NCBI RefSeq assembly: GCF_006345805.1
Contig: NC_043005.1
Coordinates: forward strand, 31,868,001-31,932,000
DNA length: 64,000 bases
Origin: Octopus sinensis
Lineage: Eukaryota
Reading direction: 5' to 3'
Shown here: positions 51,313 to 63,442 of the stretch, piece after piece
How positions within the stretch are numbered: position 1 is the first letter of the stretch
Layout of the letters: each line of letters begins with the position of its first letter
Program-made: the position numbers and the translations under genes
Notes under the pieces: generated by a model
Told to the model about the DNA's origin: nothing
Database searches by the model: none
Seen by the model: only the letters and a program-made list of their open reading frames with translations

Positions 51313-52329
51313 AGAAGAAGTATACATTAATAAAATTAATGGATAGCAATGAGGACCTTGAATAACGAAAGAATAATTAATGTATGTTCTGTTAGAGTGC
51401 AATGAGGGTTTCAAGTTTCCTACAAATAAATACTGTGCTGATTATATTTTCACATTGTATCCTTGCCTTAGAAAATCCAATGGTCACCACCTTAGAATGG
51501 ATTTACTGTGGACAAATAGCAGCAGCACTTCACTTTCATTGAAAAAACTGAATAACAAACTGTACAGATTTTGTCTACCCACTCAGTCTCTTTGTTTCTC
51601 ATTGGTGTATCTGTTTGCTATACTTAAAATAAACCGTATAGGATTCTAAGAAATAATCAATCAGACATTTTATCAGAACGATGAAATGTCTGATTAACCA
51701 ATCTGTTAACATTCGTTATTATAGAAATTTTTCGTTTCTCTCGTTTTCATTTTTAACTCCTTTTCTGTTGTTTTATATTCGGTTTTTAATTAACAAATTA
51801 TTTTATTGGATGAAATTTTGAGTACCAGACTAAAATTGAATATCCCAAAAATGTTTCGTTTAACAATAGATTTTTCTCGTACTTAATTTTTCTGGTGGTC
51901 GTGTGTGTCTCTGAGTGATGGAGGATAGGTTATTAATTTTTTTTCAATTTATTGTGAAGTGCCCAGACAATTAAGTAATCGATAAATAGTAAATAGTTCA
52001 ATCATTATAAATGATCAGACAGAAACTTCGGGTATTTCATGTGTCAGTTACGCATTAAAATGCGTAACAGTTATTTTTTTATTACATCAACTTTAAAGAG
52101 GTTTGAACTCACATTCTCTGTTTCTGTAGATGTACAGGCCTGGTGGTTTATATCTTCCTCTCAATGGATATAACACGTCTACATTGTCTATGGTATCACA
52201 TTACAAGAAACTAGTGACAAGTTACATTTGCAATGATAGGACCAATACACTGATTTCAAAATAATGACTACCTTTCCAATGAACACAAGACGTCGTCGCA
52301 CTTTTCCTGCACTAACACTCTATAGAACG

Positions 52330-53640
52330 CTAGAGTTAAACTACTACCGATCGCATTGGCCGCTTGGTGGAGAGCGGTGAGAGCTTGACGGCACTCGAGG
52401 TGCCAAGTGTCCTTTCTCGGTCTACGTTTGACTCAAGATTGCAGCTCGGTTAAAGAAACGAGCTGCGGTAAGTCGTGTCTGACGAACGGCGACGACACCT
52501 GCTCACCGTTCAGTAAACGCTTGAGATGCCGTAGCCTGAGCGCATGTCTGCGCATCAGCAACCACGGTACCTGACCAGTAGTACCTGACCCTTCCACAGA
52601 AAGTCGAAGAGCAAGCGCACCAGCTTGGCCAACCAGCGGTCAGGACAAGAGACGACGGTCAATCGGTAATAGATAACAGATGCGATGTACGCATTCACCA
52701 CCTCCGCTCGACCTTTCAGGGACAGCTTCCTCTCGGCCCATTTCTGGGTGAGATTGGCCACCTTAATCGTCACTTCCTCTAAGTATTTCTCCACCGGAAG
52801 GTCCGGACTAAACGAGATCTCGAGCAGTTTAACGGGACCGTCTGTCCAGCGCCCTACGACGCTGTTAGACGGCATGGTCTTGCCCCTCCAGGTGCCTAGT
52901 TGCAAGCCCACCGACTATTCCGCGTGAATTTTTGCACCTGTCACCGCTTCGTACTCGTTTGGCGTATCGCCAATTACGTCAATGTGCCTGTGGCTCGACA
53001 CCATCACGGTGACGTCGTCATCGCTTCTTGTACTCCCCAAGCAGATATCGGTCTTTCGCAGCACTCCGCCTCGTTGGCCGAGAGTCGTGGCAGGCCGTCC
53101 AGTTACACACCGAAGTCTGTCCCGTTGTCGGTCCCACCGCTCGTCCCGAATAGTAGAGCAAAGTGTTGCTGAAAGACCGCACACATCTGCTTCGGTTCGG
53201 AAACCTCGCACCCTTTCTGGTCCACCAAAGACTGAATGGTCGCTCTGTTGCCGCGCTTCGCCTCCGCCACGAGGGGCCCATCGAGCGGCCTTAGTCCCCT
53301 CCCCACTTACCGAACGTGCCTTAGCTCTGACAACGCAGCCTTCGTGTTTGGCGTCAAAGTGTTGGTCGAGAGCCAACCTGGCTGCCAACACGTCGGTTGC
53401 GATGCCTGTCCCAAGAGCCTCGTCTAGTTTCCTAACTAAATTCCGCTCTGTTTTCTTACGTTCTACAGCTAGAGCCTTACTAAACCTAATCGTTTCTGCT
53501 CTAATTGCCCTCTTGAGAGCAAACCACCAGTTGTCATTGATGATTGCCCCCGTCAACGCCCGCTTGACTAATAAACTAATCTGGTCTCTATAGGCTTTGC
53601 ACACCGTTAACGACGCGTTTAGCTTCCAGTAACCAGGACC
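52330..53640 (-). mobile_element. L1/Tx1-type ORF2 fragment with internal deletion
   Basis: PGYWKLNASL..WWFALK..EG..VRAK linker joined directly to DDVTVMV..GAKI..W..RKLSLKGRAEVVNAYIASVIYYRL..FLWKG. Confidence 0.8.
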
Positions 53641-53641
53641 C

Positions 53642-54252
53642 TGTCTATGGAGCTTATCTTGAGTGAGTGCAGTATACTAGCACAAAAGGAGTGTAAGAGT
53701 AGACACGACTGTGTAGGCAAAAGAGTGTATTGGGATGTTAGCCGAGTGTGTGACTTCAAAACAACAGAAAAGTGGCATGAACACGAACTAGAGGCTTTGA
53801 TAGAAAATGAGAATTACAGAATCTTTTGGGATTTTCCCATAAAGACTGACCATGCTATTGAAGCAAGAAGGCCGGATATAATCATAGAGGACAAAATAAT
53901 CAAGCAGTTTAAGGTCACAGATTTTGCAATTCCCTTTCACAGCAGAGACGATACCAAAGAAATTGAAGAAACTGAGATATATCAAGATCTAACCAGAAAG
54001 CTGAGAAGACTGTGGAAGACCAAGACAACAATTATTACCGTAGTAACTGGTGCACTTTGTACAACACCCAGAATGCTACCTAAAAGACTGAAGGACATTG
54101 GAATTGAAATAAACTATTTGTGAATTGTATTGTGATATGCCTCAATCGAGACATGACGGACTGAAAGCCAATAATTCCTCATTTGTGAGGATCAATCATG
54201 AATCATGAGTTTCCAGTAACTTGGCTAATAAAACTCCTCAATAATAATAATA
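53642..54252 (+). mobile_element. 5'-truncated RLE retrotransposon with short (AAT)n tail
   Basis: ORF 53647-54123 LSECSILAQKE..RHD..IFWDF..EARRPDII..DFAIP..TVVTGAL; 3' UTR then ataataataataa. Confidence 0.85.
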
Positions 54253-54548
54253 AAAGTAGCGAATAGCAAAGTGCATCATCAAACTGTGAATAGTGAAAGC
54301 AATTAAGGTGCCAGATAACCAACCAAGCAGTCGAAAATCTGCGTCTTGTCGCTGATGATGCGTAGCATTTATCTGTGACCAATGAACAAAGCTTTCGAAG
54401 AGTCCAGCTGACCAAGATCTAAATAAGTAGAGTGTTACAAATGTTATATATCCATAGCTGTGAGTAATGGTAGAACAAGGGTAGCTAGCGAGAATTCCTT
54501 TCACTTGTAATGGGAAGTTTAAATACTGAAACTATAGTAGACCAGTTA

Positions 54549-54617
<69 letters not shown>

Positions 54618-55081
54618 TCCCTCCCTCTCTCTTTCCGTCTTCCTCTCTCTATATATATCCCTCTTTCACTCATAATTTGAGAGGGAGTCTCTCTCTCAAA
54701 TCACGAGAGTCAGAGCTGAGCACCAGACTTGTAAATCAAACAGGTACTTTTAAGATATTTTCCTGCTACGTATTACTTTTAATACTTTTGTTGTTTCGTC
54801 GCCTCCGACTATTAGGCAACCGATCGGTACGCCCTCAGATCATCCTGCATGGTCTGCAGCTGACTTAAGAAAGATATTTGGAACAACGTGAAAGAAAATG
54901 GTGATAGCACGAGGGGAATAGAGCGAATGCTGTGATCAGCAGAGCCAACTCGGTGCTAGACAGCGTAGCCGATCCAGATGATCCAGATGATCCAGGTGAC
55001 TTTTGTCGTTGTTACTATTTTAATATTTTTTCTGCGACAATTCACTTTTAATGTTCTTGTTGTTGTCGTTATTCTTATTAG

Positions 55082-55161
55082 ATTGATCCTGTCTGGAAAG
55101 ACACGGTCTTCAATTTACGGGATCTGACTCCAGAAGAAAACAAATTATTTCCAAATTACAC
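55082..55161 (+). CDS. DAO: DAO/DDO-family coding exon 3 (80 nt)
   Basis: cttattag|ATT GAT CCT GTC TGG AAA GAC ACG GTC..TAC AC|gtaagt; IDPVWKDTVFNLRDLTPEENKLFPNY resembles DAO [25 protein letters not shown]. Confidence 0.92.
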
Positions 55162-55284
55162 GTAAGTAATAATTACGTCAGTTTTTATTATTATTACTTT
55201 TCCTTCTTTCTTCAAATTTTCTTCCATTTCTCGCCGAGTGTTTTCCGTACACCTAGGGCAGAGAAGCTCATTGTATGCATTCTC

Positions 55285-55430
55285 AGATTACGTCTCTGTA
55301 ACTTAGCAGTTCGGCAAAAGAGACCGATAGAATAAACACTAGGCTTACAAACAATAAGTCCTGGTGTCGACTTGCTCGACTAAAGGCGATGCTCCAGCAT
55401 GGCCGCAGTTAAATGACTGAAGTAAAAGAG
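55285..55430 (+). mobile_element. SINE family S2, 3' portion (intron 3)
   Basis: gtaacttagcagttcggcaaaagagaccgatagaat..ctccagcatggccgcag..gactgaagtaaaagag. Confidence 0.85.
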
Positions 55431-58400
55431 TAAGTCTTTATATTTACTGATCTTGTCAAATTCTTTCGCTGCTATATTGTGATCGCAAGAAATACTCATG
55501 TCAATTAATAAACACACCTTTTTTGTCTGATCTTTTATAATAATATCCGGTTCATTAGCTTTTATAGTTTTGTCGGTATGTACGGAGAGGTCCCAGAGAA
55601 TCGACGCATTTTCTCCCTCAATCACAGTTTCAGGATGGTGTTTATACCATTTGTCAGCGGTTTTGATTTTATAATGCTGACATATTGTCCAGTGTAAATA
55701 CTGGCCGACTCTGTCATGTCTTGCTGTATATTCTACAGGTGCTAAAACTCTTCACTCTGAGATTAAGTGGTCTATAGTTTCAATCTCATCGTTACAGAAT
55801 CGGCATTTTGGGTCAGCTCCATTTCTTATCACATTGGCTAGGTAGTTCCGGGTTAATAAGCTTTGGTCTTGAGCAGCTAATATGAAACCTTCACTCTCTG
55901 CTTTTAGCCCTGAGCTTCGTAACCATTAATTCGTGTGTTTCTGGTCGACATCAGCTTGTTTGCTACGGGCCACATACTTGCCATGCAGAGGTTTCTGTTC
56001 CCATCTGCTAGCTAATTTTTCGTGTGCTTTTGTCTTTGCAATTAATTTTATTTTCTTTGTAGCAGCAGTTGGCGCATTTTCTTCAACCTGATCAATCTGG
56101 TAGGTATCTAAGAGATCAGTAGCGAATATTTTGCTCTCTTTCAGAATAGAGTGAAGTTTTTTCGGTCTTTCGTGTTTTTCAACAAGTTTTAGCTTCCAAT
56201 CGTTGGCCAGTCCGATTTTGGTGGTTTTGTACGTAAGTTCAAGCTGGATCAAGCCTCGACCTATCTGAGCTCTGGGAAAGTAAAGACGATCCACGTCTAC
56301 CTTTGGATCGTGCATCTTATTACAAGTCAGTAGCTTGCGGATTTTTCTGTCAATTTTCATTATTTCACTGGTATTCCAGTTAAGCACATTGAAGCTATAA
56401 AGAACAACTGGAACTAAGGAATTTATGGCTAACACATTATATGCATTCAACTCAGACTTCAGGACTGCTCGAACTCTTCTATAACATTCCTTCCTAACCT
56501 TCTCTTTCATGCTTGCATGCTGGATACCAGAGCCTTCATTTATTCCTAGGTATTTATAGGTTTGTTCCTGCTCAAGTTCCTTTATTACTCTTTCGACATC
56601 TAATTCGATTGAACTTGACTTTACCGATTTCCCTTTCTTTAAAAGTGGCTTTGGCACGCTTTTCAAGGCCAAATTCCATCCCGATATCATCACTGAATTC
56701 TTTCACAGTATGTAGTAGTCCTTTAAGCTCTTCATCATCTTTGCCATATAGTTTTAAATCATCCATATAAAATAGATGGCTTATTTTCCTGTTGTCAATT
56801 TTGTAGCCATAACCTGTTCTATTCAGTTCACTTGAGAGTGGTATTAGTGCTATGCAGAAAATTAGTGGTGAAAGTGAGTTACCTTGGGAAATGCCACAGT
56901 TTATGCTAATGTTGTTTGAGTGCAATACTCTATTAGAATGATATAATTGGAGCTTCGTGCTCCATAACTTTAAAAAATCTGAAACCACAGGAGAAATTTT
57001 GAAAATGTCCAGCGATTTCAGAATCCACGAATGTGGTATGCTGTCAAAGGCTTTTTTATAATCAATCCATGAAGAGCTGAGATTTCTGCGCTTATTATGG
57101 AAGTTCTCAAGGATCATGCGATTGATTAGGAGCTGATCTTAGCATCCGTATGAGCCTCGTCTGAATCCTTTTTGTTCAGTGGGAAAGAGGTTATTCTCTT
57201 CTATAAACGTATATGTTTTCTCCACTGGAATAGATGTCAAAATCTTATAGGTAGTAGAAAAACATGTTATAGGCCGGCAGTTTTTGGGGTCTTTGGTTTC
57301 GTTATTTTTGGGAAGGAGGTAAGTAATACTATTTGCTATCTAATGGGCAGTTTTTTCCGGATCTTTCATAATACTATTAAATAGCATTACTAACATTTTG
57401 CGTGCGGACGAGAGTGATGAGAGCCAGAAATTTTGTACTCTATCAATACCAGGGAATTTCCACTTATGAGCCTTCGTTAGTGCCCTCCTTAGGTTAGCGA
57501 TTGAGATGTCTTCCCATGCCTGTTGTAGATTTTTGTAGGCATCTTGGGTACATTTGATCCAGTTTGCATTTTCATTGTATGGTTTCTCATCACTCCAGAT
57601 CCCTTTCCAAAAGTTTTCAACTTCTTCCATTGGGGGTGGATTTTCAATGGTTATTTTTTCTTTCCTTATTTCCCTGTAAAGTGATTTGGCATTGGATTTG
57701 AAAATCTTATTTTGCTTGTAGTATTTAATTCTTTTCTCAAATCTGCGTATTCTCAAAGCTTTTGCTTGAACTTTTTGCTTAAGTGTTTCTTTCTCTGACA
57801 TTAGTTCTTCTCTTGTTGAGAGTCCATATTTTCTCACAATCTTCCTGCCTTTTCTTGATCTTACTCCATTTCCAGAGATTAGCTCAGTTAATATTGATAT
57901 CTCCCTTCGCAATGATTCAATCTCAGTTTCAATTCTACTCCCCAGTTTGATTTTCTTTTTGAATTTGGTATCGTTGGCTTTTTGGGTATTAAACAACGTC
58001 TTTCGATTACCTTAGCAACAGAGTAAATAATTCCATTTAACTTATTAAGATTAGGTTTTAGTTGTTGTATGATTTCTTGTGTAGCGCAGTTGCCAATTTT
58101 TAATTGTGTTTTATATTGGTGTGCATTTGAGAGTTTATGGAGTGGTTCCCTATCATTCATATTTGTATACCCTACAACAGCAAGCTCATTCAGAACTTCC
58201 TGCTTCATTTCAATGATAGATTTTCTGTGTTGTTCAGCAAATTTGTGGTCTTCGAATTCTGTTTCGACATCATTTTCCTGGCTGTTTTTTCTAGGGTCAT
58301 TATATTTTCCTTTTTCTTCAGGCTCTTAAGTAGTTTCGGCAGATGGTCGCCTTTCAGTCAATGCTTGTGGTCCAACATTCCTCTCCTCTCCTCTGCTTGG

Positions 58401-58700
58401 TTATTTCTTTCCTGACTTACATTTAGGTCATCCTCTACCACTTTTTTAAAAGAGGTTAATTCTGCATCTGTGAGTCTGGTATTTCTGAAAATATCTATTC
58501 TAACATTTGCTAATCTGTTTTCATCCAGGTTTGGTCTGCTAGCTGGATTCCGGCTCCTTCAAACTCTGTAGCTGCTTGCGGTGTGTTTTTCCTGAATAAG
58601 AGCTTTCTGAAAAAGAGCTTTACTCGAAACATAAAACATTCTTTCTTTCCTTCTTTGGGCGTCTTATTAATACTTTCCATCTACCACTGTTTTTTTTTTG
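55431..58700 (-). mobile_element. Near-full-length decayed R4/Dong-type element, antisense in intron 3
   Basis: LDENRLANVRI..KYYKQNKIFKSNAKSLY..PGIDRVQNFW..IDYKKAFDS..QGNSLSPLIF..YMDDLKLY..YKYLG..KANEPDII..KISKYKDL. The 3' end is cut by the S2 SINE. Confidence 0.9.
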
Positions 58701-58856
58701 TCTTTTTTCCCCGTTTTTCTTATTAAATATTTACCGCACGCCCACATGGACCCCCATCCTTCCGACTGGCTTTGGAATGCCTAATTTGCGGAATTCTTTC
58801 TACCATCGGATTACATCACCTTATTCATTTGGAGTACGCCATTTCTGCACCTTGAT

Positions 58857-58887
<31 letters not shown>

Positions 58888-58965
58888 TATATATAATATA
58901 TATATATATAATATTGGTGATTTTTTCTCCTCTGTCTTCCCTTCTCTGGATCTTTTCTTCTCCTA

Positions 58966-59001
58966 TGTTTCCGACGAAGAGCTCCGCTCGAAACGTTAAG
59001 C
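58966..59001 (+). mobile_element. Penelope-type hammerhead-like motif (U4-to-C variant) next to (TA)n
   Basis: gttt-CCGACGA-A-GAGC-tcc-GCTC-GAAAC-GT-T-aagc. Confidence 0.45.
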
Positions 59002-59097
59002 CCTCCTTCTTCCCTTCCTTCCTGAGCGCCCAATAATACTATATTTGTTCAACGTCCTCGCGTTGTTGTAACTCTTTGTGTTTTCATGTTTGGATTA

Positions 59098-59150
<53 letters not shown>

Positions 59151-59214
59151 TATATTATATATATATATATATATATAATATATATATATATATATGTATG
59201 TATGTATGTATGTT

Positions 59215-59760
59215 ATGTCAGGTCACTTTCGAGTGCTACTGGTAACATGTAACCCAGTACAACCTGTTGCATGGTCGGGTCGTCGGCGACTAAACCGGCA
59301 ACCCTACCAAGCTTACTTGGTGAGGAGGGTGTTTATGGACACCCTGCGGGATGAAAAACAAAACCCGTCAAAGAGGAATTCTTGAGAGTCAACGGCCATC
59401 CAATAAATGTCTTATGGCTGTATCATGCGCGGGGACATAGAAATAATCGGAGTGAATACCCGATCGCGCGGTTAAACCATTGGGAGTGAAGGACTCCTAG
59501 CCTTTGTTAGGGCATCCTTCTAGGAGAAGGTAACTCAGGTAACTGGGATAACTCCGATATAAAACCTGCGGCTCAGTGGTTACCGATGATGTTGACTTGT
59601 TCTTCTTTTCGGATCATGGCTGCTGTTGCTTAGTGAGTGGGATTGACTCACTTCACAGCCTTTCCTCACTTTAAAAAAATCTTTTTCCACAGGCATTGCA
59701 CGATAACAACATTGATTAAACTTCGTGCAATGGCCATACTCGATAACGAGGGGGCAGCTA
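59215..59760 (+). mobile_element. Non-coding GC-richer repeat resembling an RTE 5' leader
   Basis: gggcatccttctaggagaaggtaactc motif recalled as typical of RTE 5' UTRs; no ORF. Confidence 0.35.
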
Positions 59761-60527
59761 CCATGTATGTATGTATGCATGTATGTATGTATGTATGTAT
59801 GTATGTATGTATGTATGTATATGTGTGTATATATATATGTGTGTGTATGCATGTGTATGTGTGTGTGTCTAAGTATTATTTATAATATACATATATATAT
59901 AATATATATGACATATTATATGATGTAAATATATAATGCAATGTTTTATAGATTTATAATACATCTATTATATAAGACCTATCATAGATTATTGGATATC
60001 ATAATCTATGTTAATACGCCTCTCCACATTAACAAGGATTAAAGCAAAAAGACATCCATCTAAATGGCATATATAGATTTTCATTCAACACGTCTGATTT
60101 GTGTTTTGGCCAAAATATCAAAACATGCCAGGGAGTTGACCGTCTCTCAGTGTGCAAGAAATACGATCGACATTGGAGATATGTGAAGCATGGGGTGTGA
60201 GAATAAAATGTTATTTACAATAATCGATATTGACCTCAATATTTGCTTAGAATTTTATTAAAGGCCAACTAGTGGAAGACAAGATCATCTTCTATGGAAT
60301 TTGGACTCAGACCTTAAAGGGACGAGACCAAATACCACAAAGTGTTTTACCCAAGACACCACCAACTCTGCCAATTCACCTTCCATGTGCTAATAATAAA
60401 TAGTGCATTCACCGAATGAAGAAATATCGAAATCCTTAAAAAATTTAATGTCGCTCGGTTATTAAAGTCAGAAACAGCGACTTTCTAAAGATTGTCAAAT
60501 TTAATATAACTTTTGTTTGTTTTTCAG

Positions 60528-60593
60528 GAATAATAAATTTTTCACTAGCATTCTAGTTTCTGCTTCTATCTACATGGAATGGTTAATGGGAAG
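60528..60593 (+). CDS. DAO: DAO/DDO-family coding exon 4 (66 nt)
   Basis: tttttcag|G AAT AAT AAA TTT TTC ACT AGC..TGG TTA ATG GGA AG|gtgagt; (T)NNKFFTSILVSASIYMEWLMGR resembles DAO [22 protein letters not shown]; phases are compatible. Confidence 0.88.
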
Positions 60594-60808
60594 GTGAGTA
60601 AATCTTCTTTATTTCTATTTTTCTTTTTTTACATTCAAGCTTAAAAACATACATGCACACATCCACATGCACATATACAATGAATGAATCAACACCAGGA
60701 TTAATTTTTAAAAACCTGGTACGTAAACACACCAACACCAGTTGTCAAGCAACGGTGGGGATATACACAGACACGAAGAATCAAGCACACACACACATAT
60801 ACATATAC

Positions 60809-60896
<88 letters not shown>

Positions 60897-61351
60897 AACA
60901 TTAATACTCATGAGAGATAATAATGCTAGTAGCCGCAAGCTTAAAACTGTATAGGCAAAATTAATAGATATATATTAGAATTATATATAACAAGGGCGCT
61001 ATGAAGCACCAGCTTTGCTAAAATTAGGAGTCAAAAATACTCCATAGCCACAAAAATTAACACTAGATTTTCACAAGCATGGTTGGAAAAAAACTAAGTG
61101 AATAAGGATTGCGTCTTACCTCTGCAAAACTACAAGAAGGAATGCCAGTTAACCTGGTATCATGATTTCGAATTTAGTGTCAAAAGCACTTGATTCTCTT
61201 CATCTAAGTTTACTCATAACAAACCTCTATATCACTTCAACCAATGCCTATGTCTGTTTCAGTGCCCAACCCGCATTCAGCAAACGAACTAAGTTAATAA
61301 ATATGTAAATATATAAAGAATATTTATGCCAACTTGATATTCAAAATATGT

Positions 61352-61721
61352 ACAGAAACTGGAGAAGTACTGATTAGCAACAATTGACTTACATCAATTA
61401 TTATTTATCAATTCAATGCAAATAGACTGCATCCCATCTAACAGCTGTTTCTGCCTCCAATGTTGTATGGTATTCCAATGTTATATGATATTCAGAATAT
61501 GTAAAAATATTTATCATATTTGGTAATAAATTGGTTCTTTCAGATCGATTTTATTACCAATTATGATTAATAATTTTACATATTTTGAATATCAATGGCA
61601 ATGCTATATAACATTGGAAGCAGAAACAGCTGTTAAAGGGATGCAGTCTATTTGCATTGAATTAATAAATAATAATTTATGTATGTCAATTGTTGTTAAT
61701 CAGTACTTCTCCATTTTCTGT
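61352..61721. mobile_element. 370-bp fold-back/MITE-like palindrome in intron 4
   Basis: Arms about 61352-61530 and 61550-61721 are largely reverse-complementary (e.g. cagaaactggagaagtactgatt / aatcagtacttctccattttctg). Confidence 0.85.
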
Positions 61722-62149
61722 TTTCTTTAAATTTTGATTATTGATAAACCCTATTTTATCCTTGTCTTTACCTATAACTTATGAACATAATATATTTTCA
61801 TATGTATGTCCATGGTTAAAAACAAGTGATATACCGGCAGTGTAATGGATACTTCTATCCCTTAGACGGTTATTTTTAACCTCTAACTCAACTAACCTGT
61901 ATATATGCATAATATAAGCACCAGCATGTCCTCAGCCTCTGGCTGAAACCCGTGAAAGATAAAAGATATAATATAACACACACACACACACATACACTGA
62001 ACCGCAAAAGAAACGCGTGACGTGTGTGACTGTGAAATATGTTTTAATTTCATTATGTCAGAGATGACTTTTAATAAATCTGATAACGTCAATTTCTTGG
62101 ATGCACTTTGAACCCAGTCTATGGGTCGTTGTTATGTGTTCTGGTAGTG

Positions 62150-63093
62150 AGCGGATCCATCACATCGAGATTGTAGAGTATGACATGTTCAATACTGTGT
62201 ATTCCCTCCCTGGGTGTTCAAAGCGGTCATACACCGTCGATACATGGAGTGCATGAGGCGGTTCACAAAAGCTATTAGCAACTGTGCCCAGACCCTGAGG
62301 AAAGCTACCTCCAGTTCCACACGAGTCGTCGACCTTGGAACCACCTGATTCAGCCGTCACTCGGTTTTATCCCACAGGTGTTCAAATGGGTTCAAATCCG
62401 AGCTGAGAGCCGGCTACGGCACGGCTCTGATCTTGTGTTGAGGCAGGAAGTCCCTCTGCTTGCACCAACATTTTGGAATACATGGGGCCCAATTCTTTGA
62501 TTCAGGCCTATAGCACCCTAAACCATGATGCTTTTGCCACCTCACGCGTTCCTCTCCATGACATATGCGTTTCTGTAGCGTTCACCCCTCCTACGCCACA
62601 CCCTCACTCTGCCATCCGAGGTGGAAACGCAGTACCGGCTCTCGTCAGAGAAGACTATCGACCTCCATTGTTGATACCGCCAATGTCGGTGCTGTGTAAT
62701 CCATTGTAGTCATGCCTGATGGTGGTGGGCGGTGAGGACAGGCCCTCGAGCAGGACGACGGCAACACAGGTTTTGGCGGCCAGTCGATGTCGTACCGTGT
62801 CGTCGCTGATGGGTCACTGCTTAGTGCCAATATTCTCACGAGCTGTCACACTGGTCAGTCTGAAGCGATCACAGAGGTGTTGCAAGTGGATGAAGTGGTC
62901 CTGTCTGGACGTGGTCACCCAGGGGGGGCCCTCTGCAAGCACGGTCTGCAGTGCTGTTGGTGTTGTATCGCTGTTGCAGGCGATAGATGGTGCTGACATG
63001 GACACTGTAAGCTTTCACATCAACCAGGGCACGCTGCCCCACTTGCAATCGGCCGATAGCTTGTTCTCTCTGCGCTGCTGACAATCGGGTCAT
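62150..63093 (-). mobile_element. Decayed Tc1-family transposase
   Basis: MTRLSAAQREQAIGRL..VHVSTIYRL (HTH), QWRSIVFSDESRY..DGRVRVWRRRGERY, GGKSIMV; stops and frameshifts. Confidence 0.85.
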
Positions 63094-63442
63094 ACCTGAT
63101 GCGTCCTAATAACGAATCTATTTTTTTATTCTCCACTAAGGGATAAGACATAGATTGGACACTACAAAGAGAGACAAGATAGCACAAACAAAAAAGTGAG
63201 GGGAAAAAAACGAATGAAAAATGGATTTATGATAACAGATGAGAAAGGTGAAATGATAATTACACGGACCCCACGACCCATGCAACGTCATTGAAATTAT
63301 ACAGAAATTTACAGATAATTTTTAGTCTTGCGTGATAATTGAACGGTCACTATTTAATTTGAGTCTCTGAGGGTGCTTTACTGTGATGACGGTGTAGTAT
63401 TTTTTTTCTTTTGTGTGTGTGTGTGTAACTGGTTTGCAAGTT

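Noticed and set aside
51659-51695. 12-bp inverted repeat (aatcagacattt/aaatgtctgatt)
   Set aside because: Short and AT-rich; probably part of an unresolved repeat, with no further support.
52130-52262. Possible extra exon in intron 2 after ctgtag
   Set aside because: No oxidase similarity in any frame; exons 2 and 3 already join in phase and align contiguously.
58700-58835. HDV-like ribozyme at the 5' end of the 55431-58700 element
   Set aside because: Only a possible ccgca/tgcgg pairing was found; no P3/L3 or P1.1 pattern.
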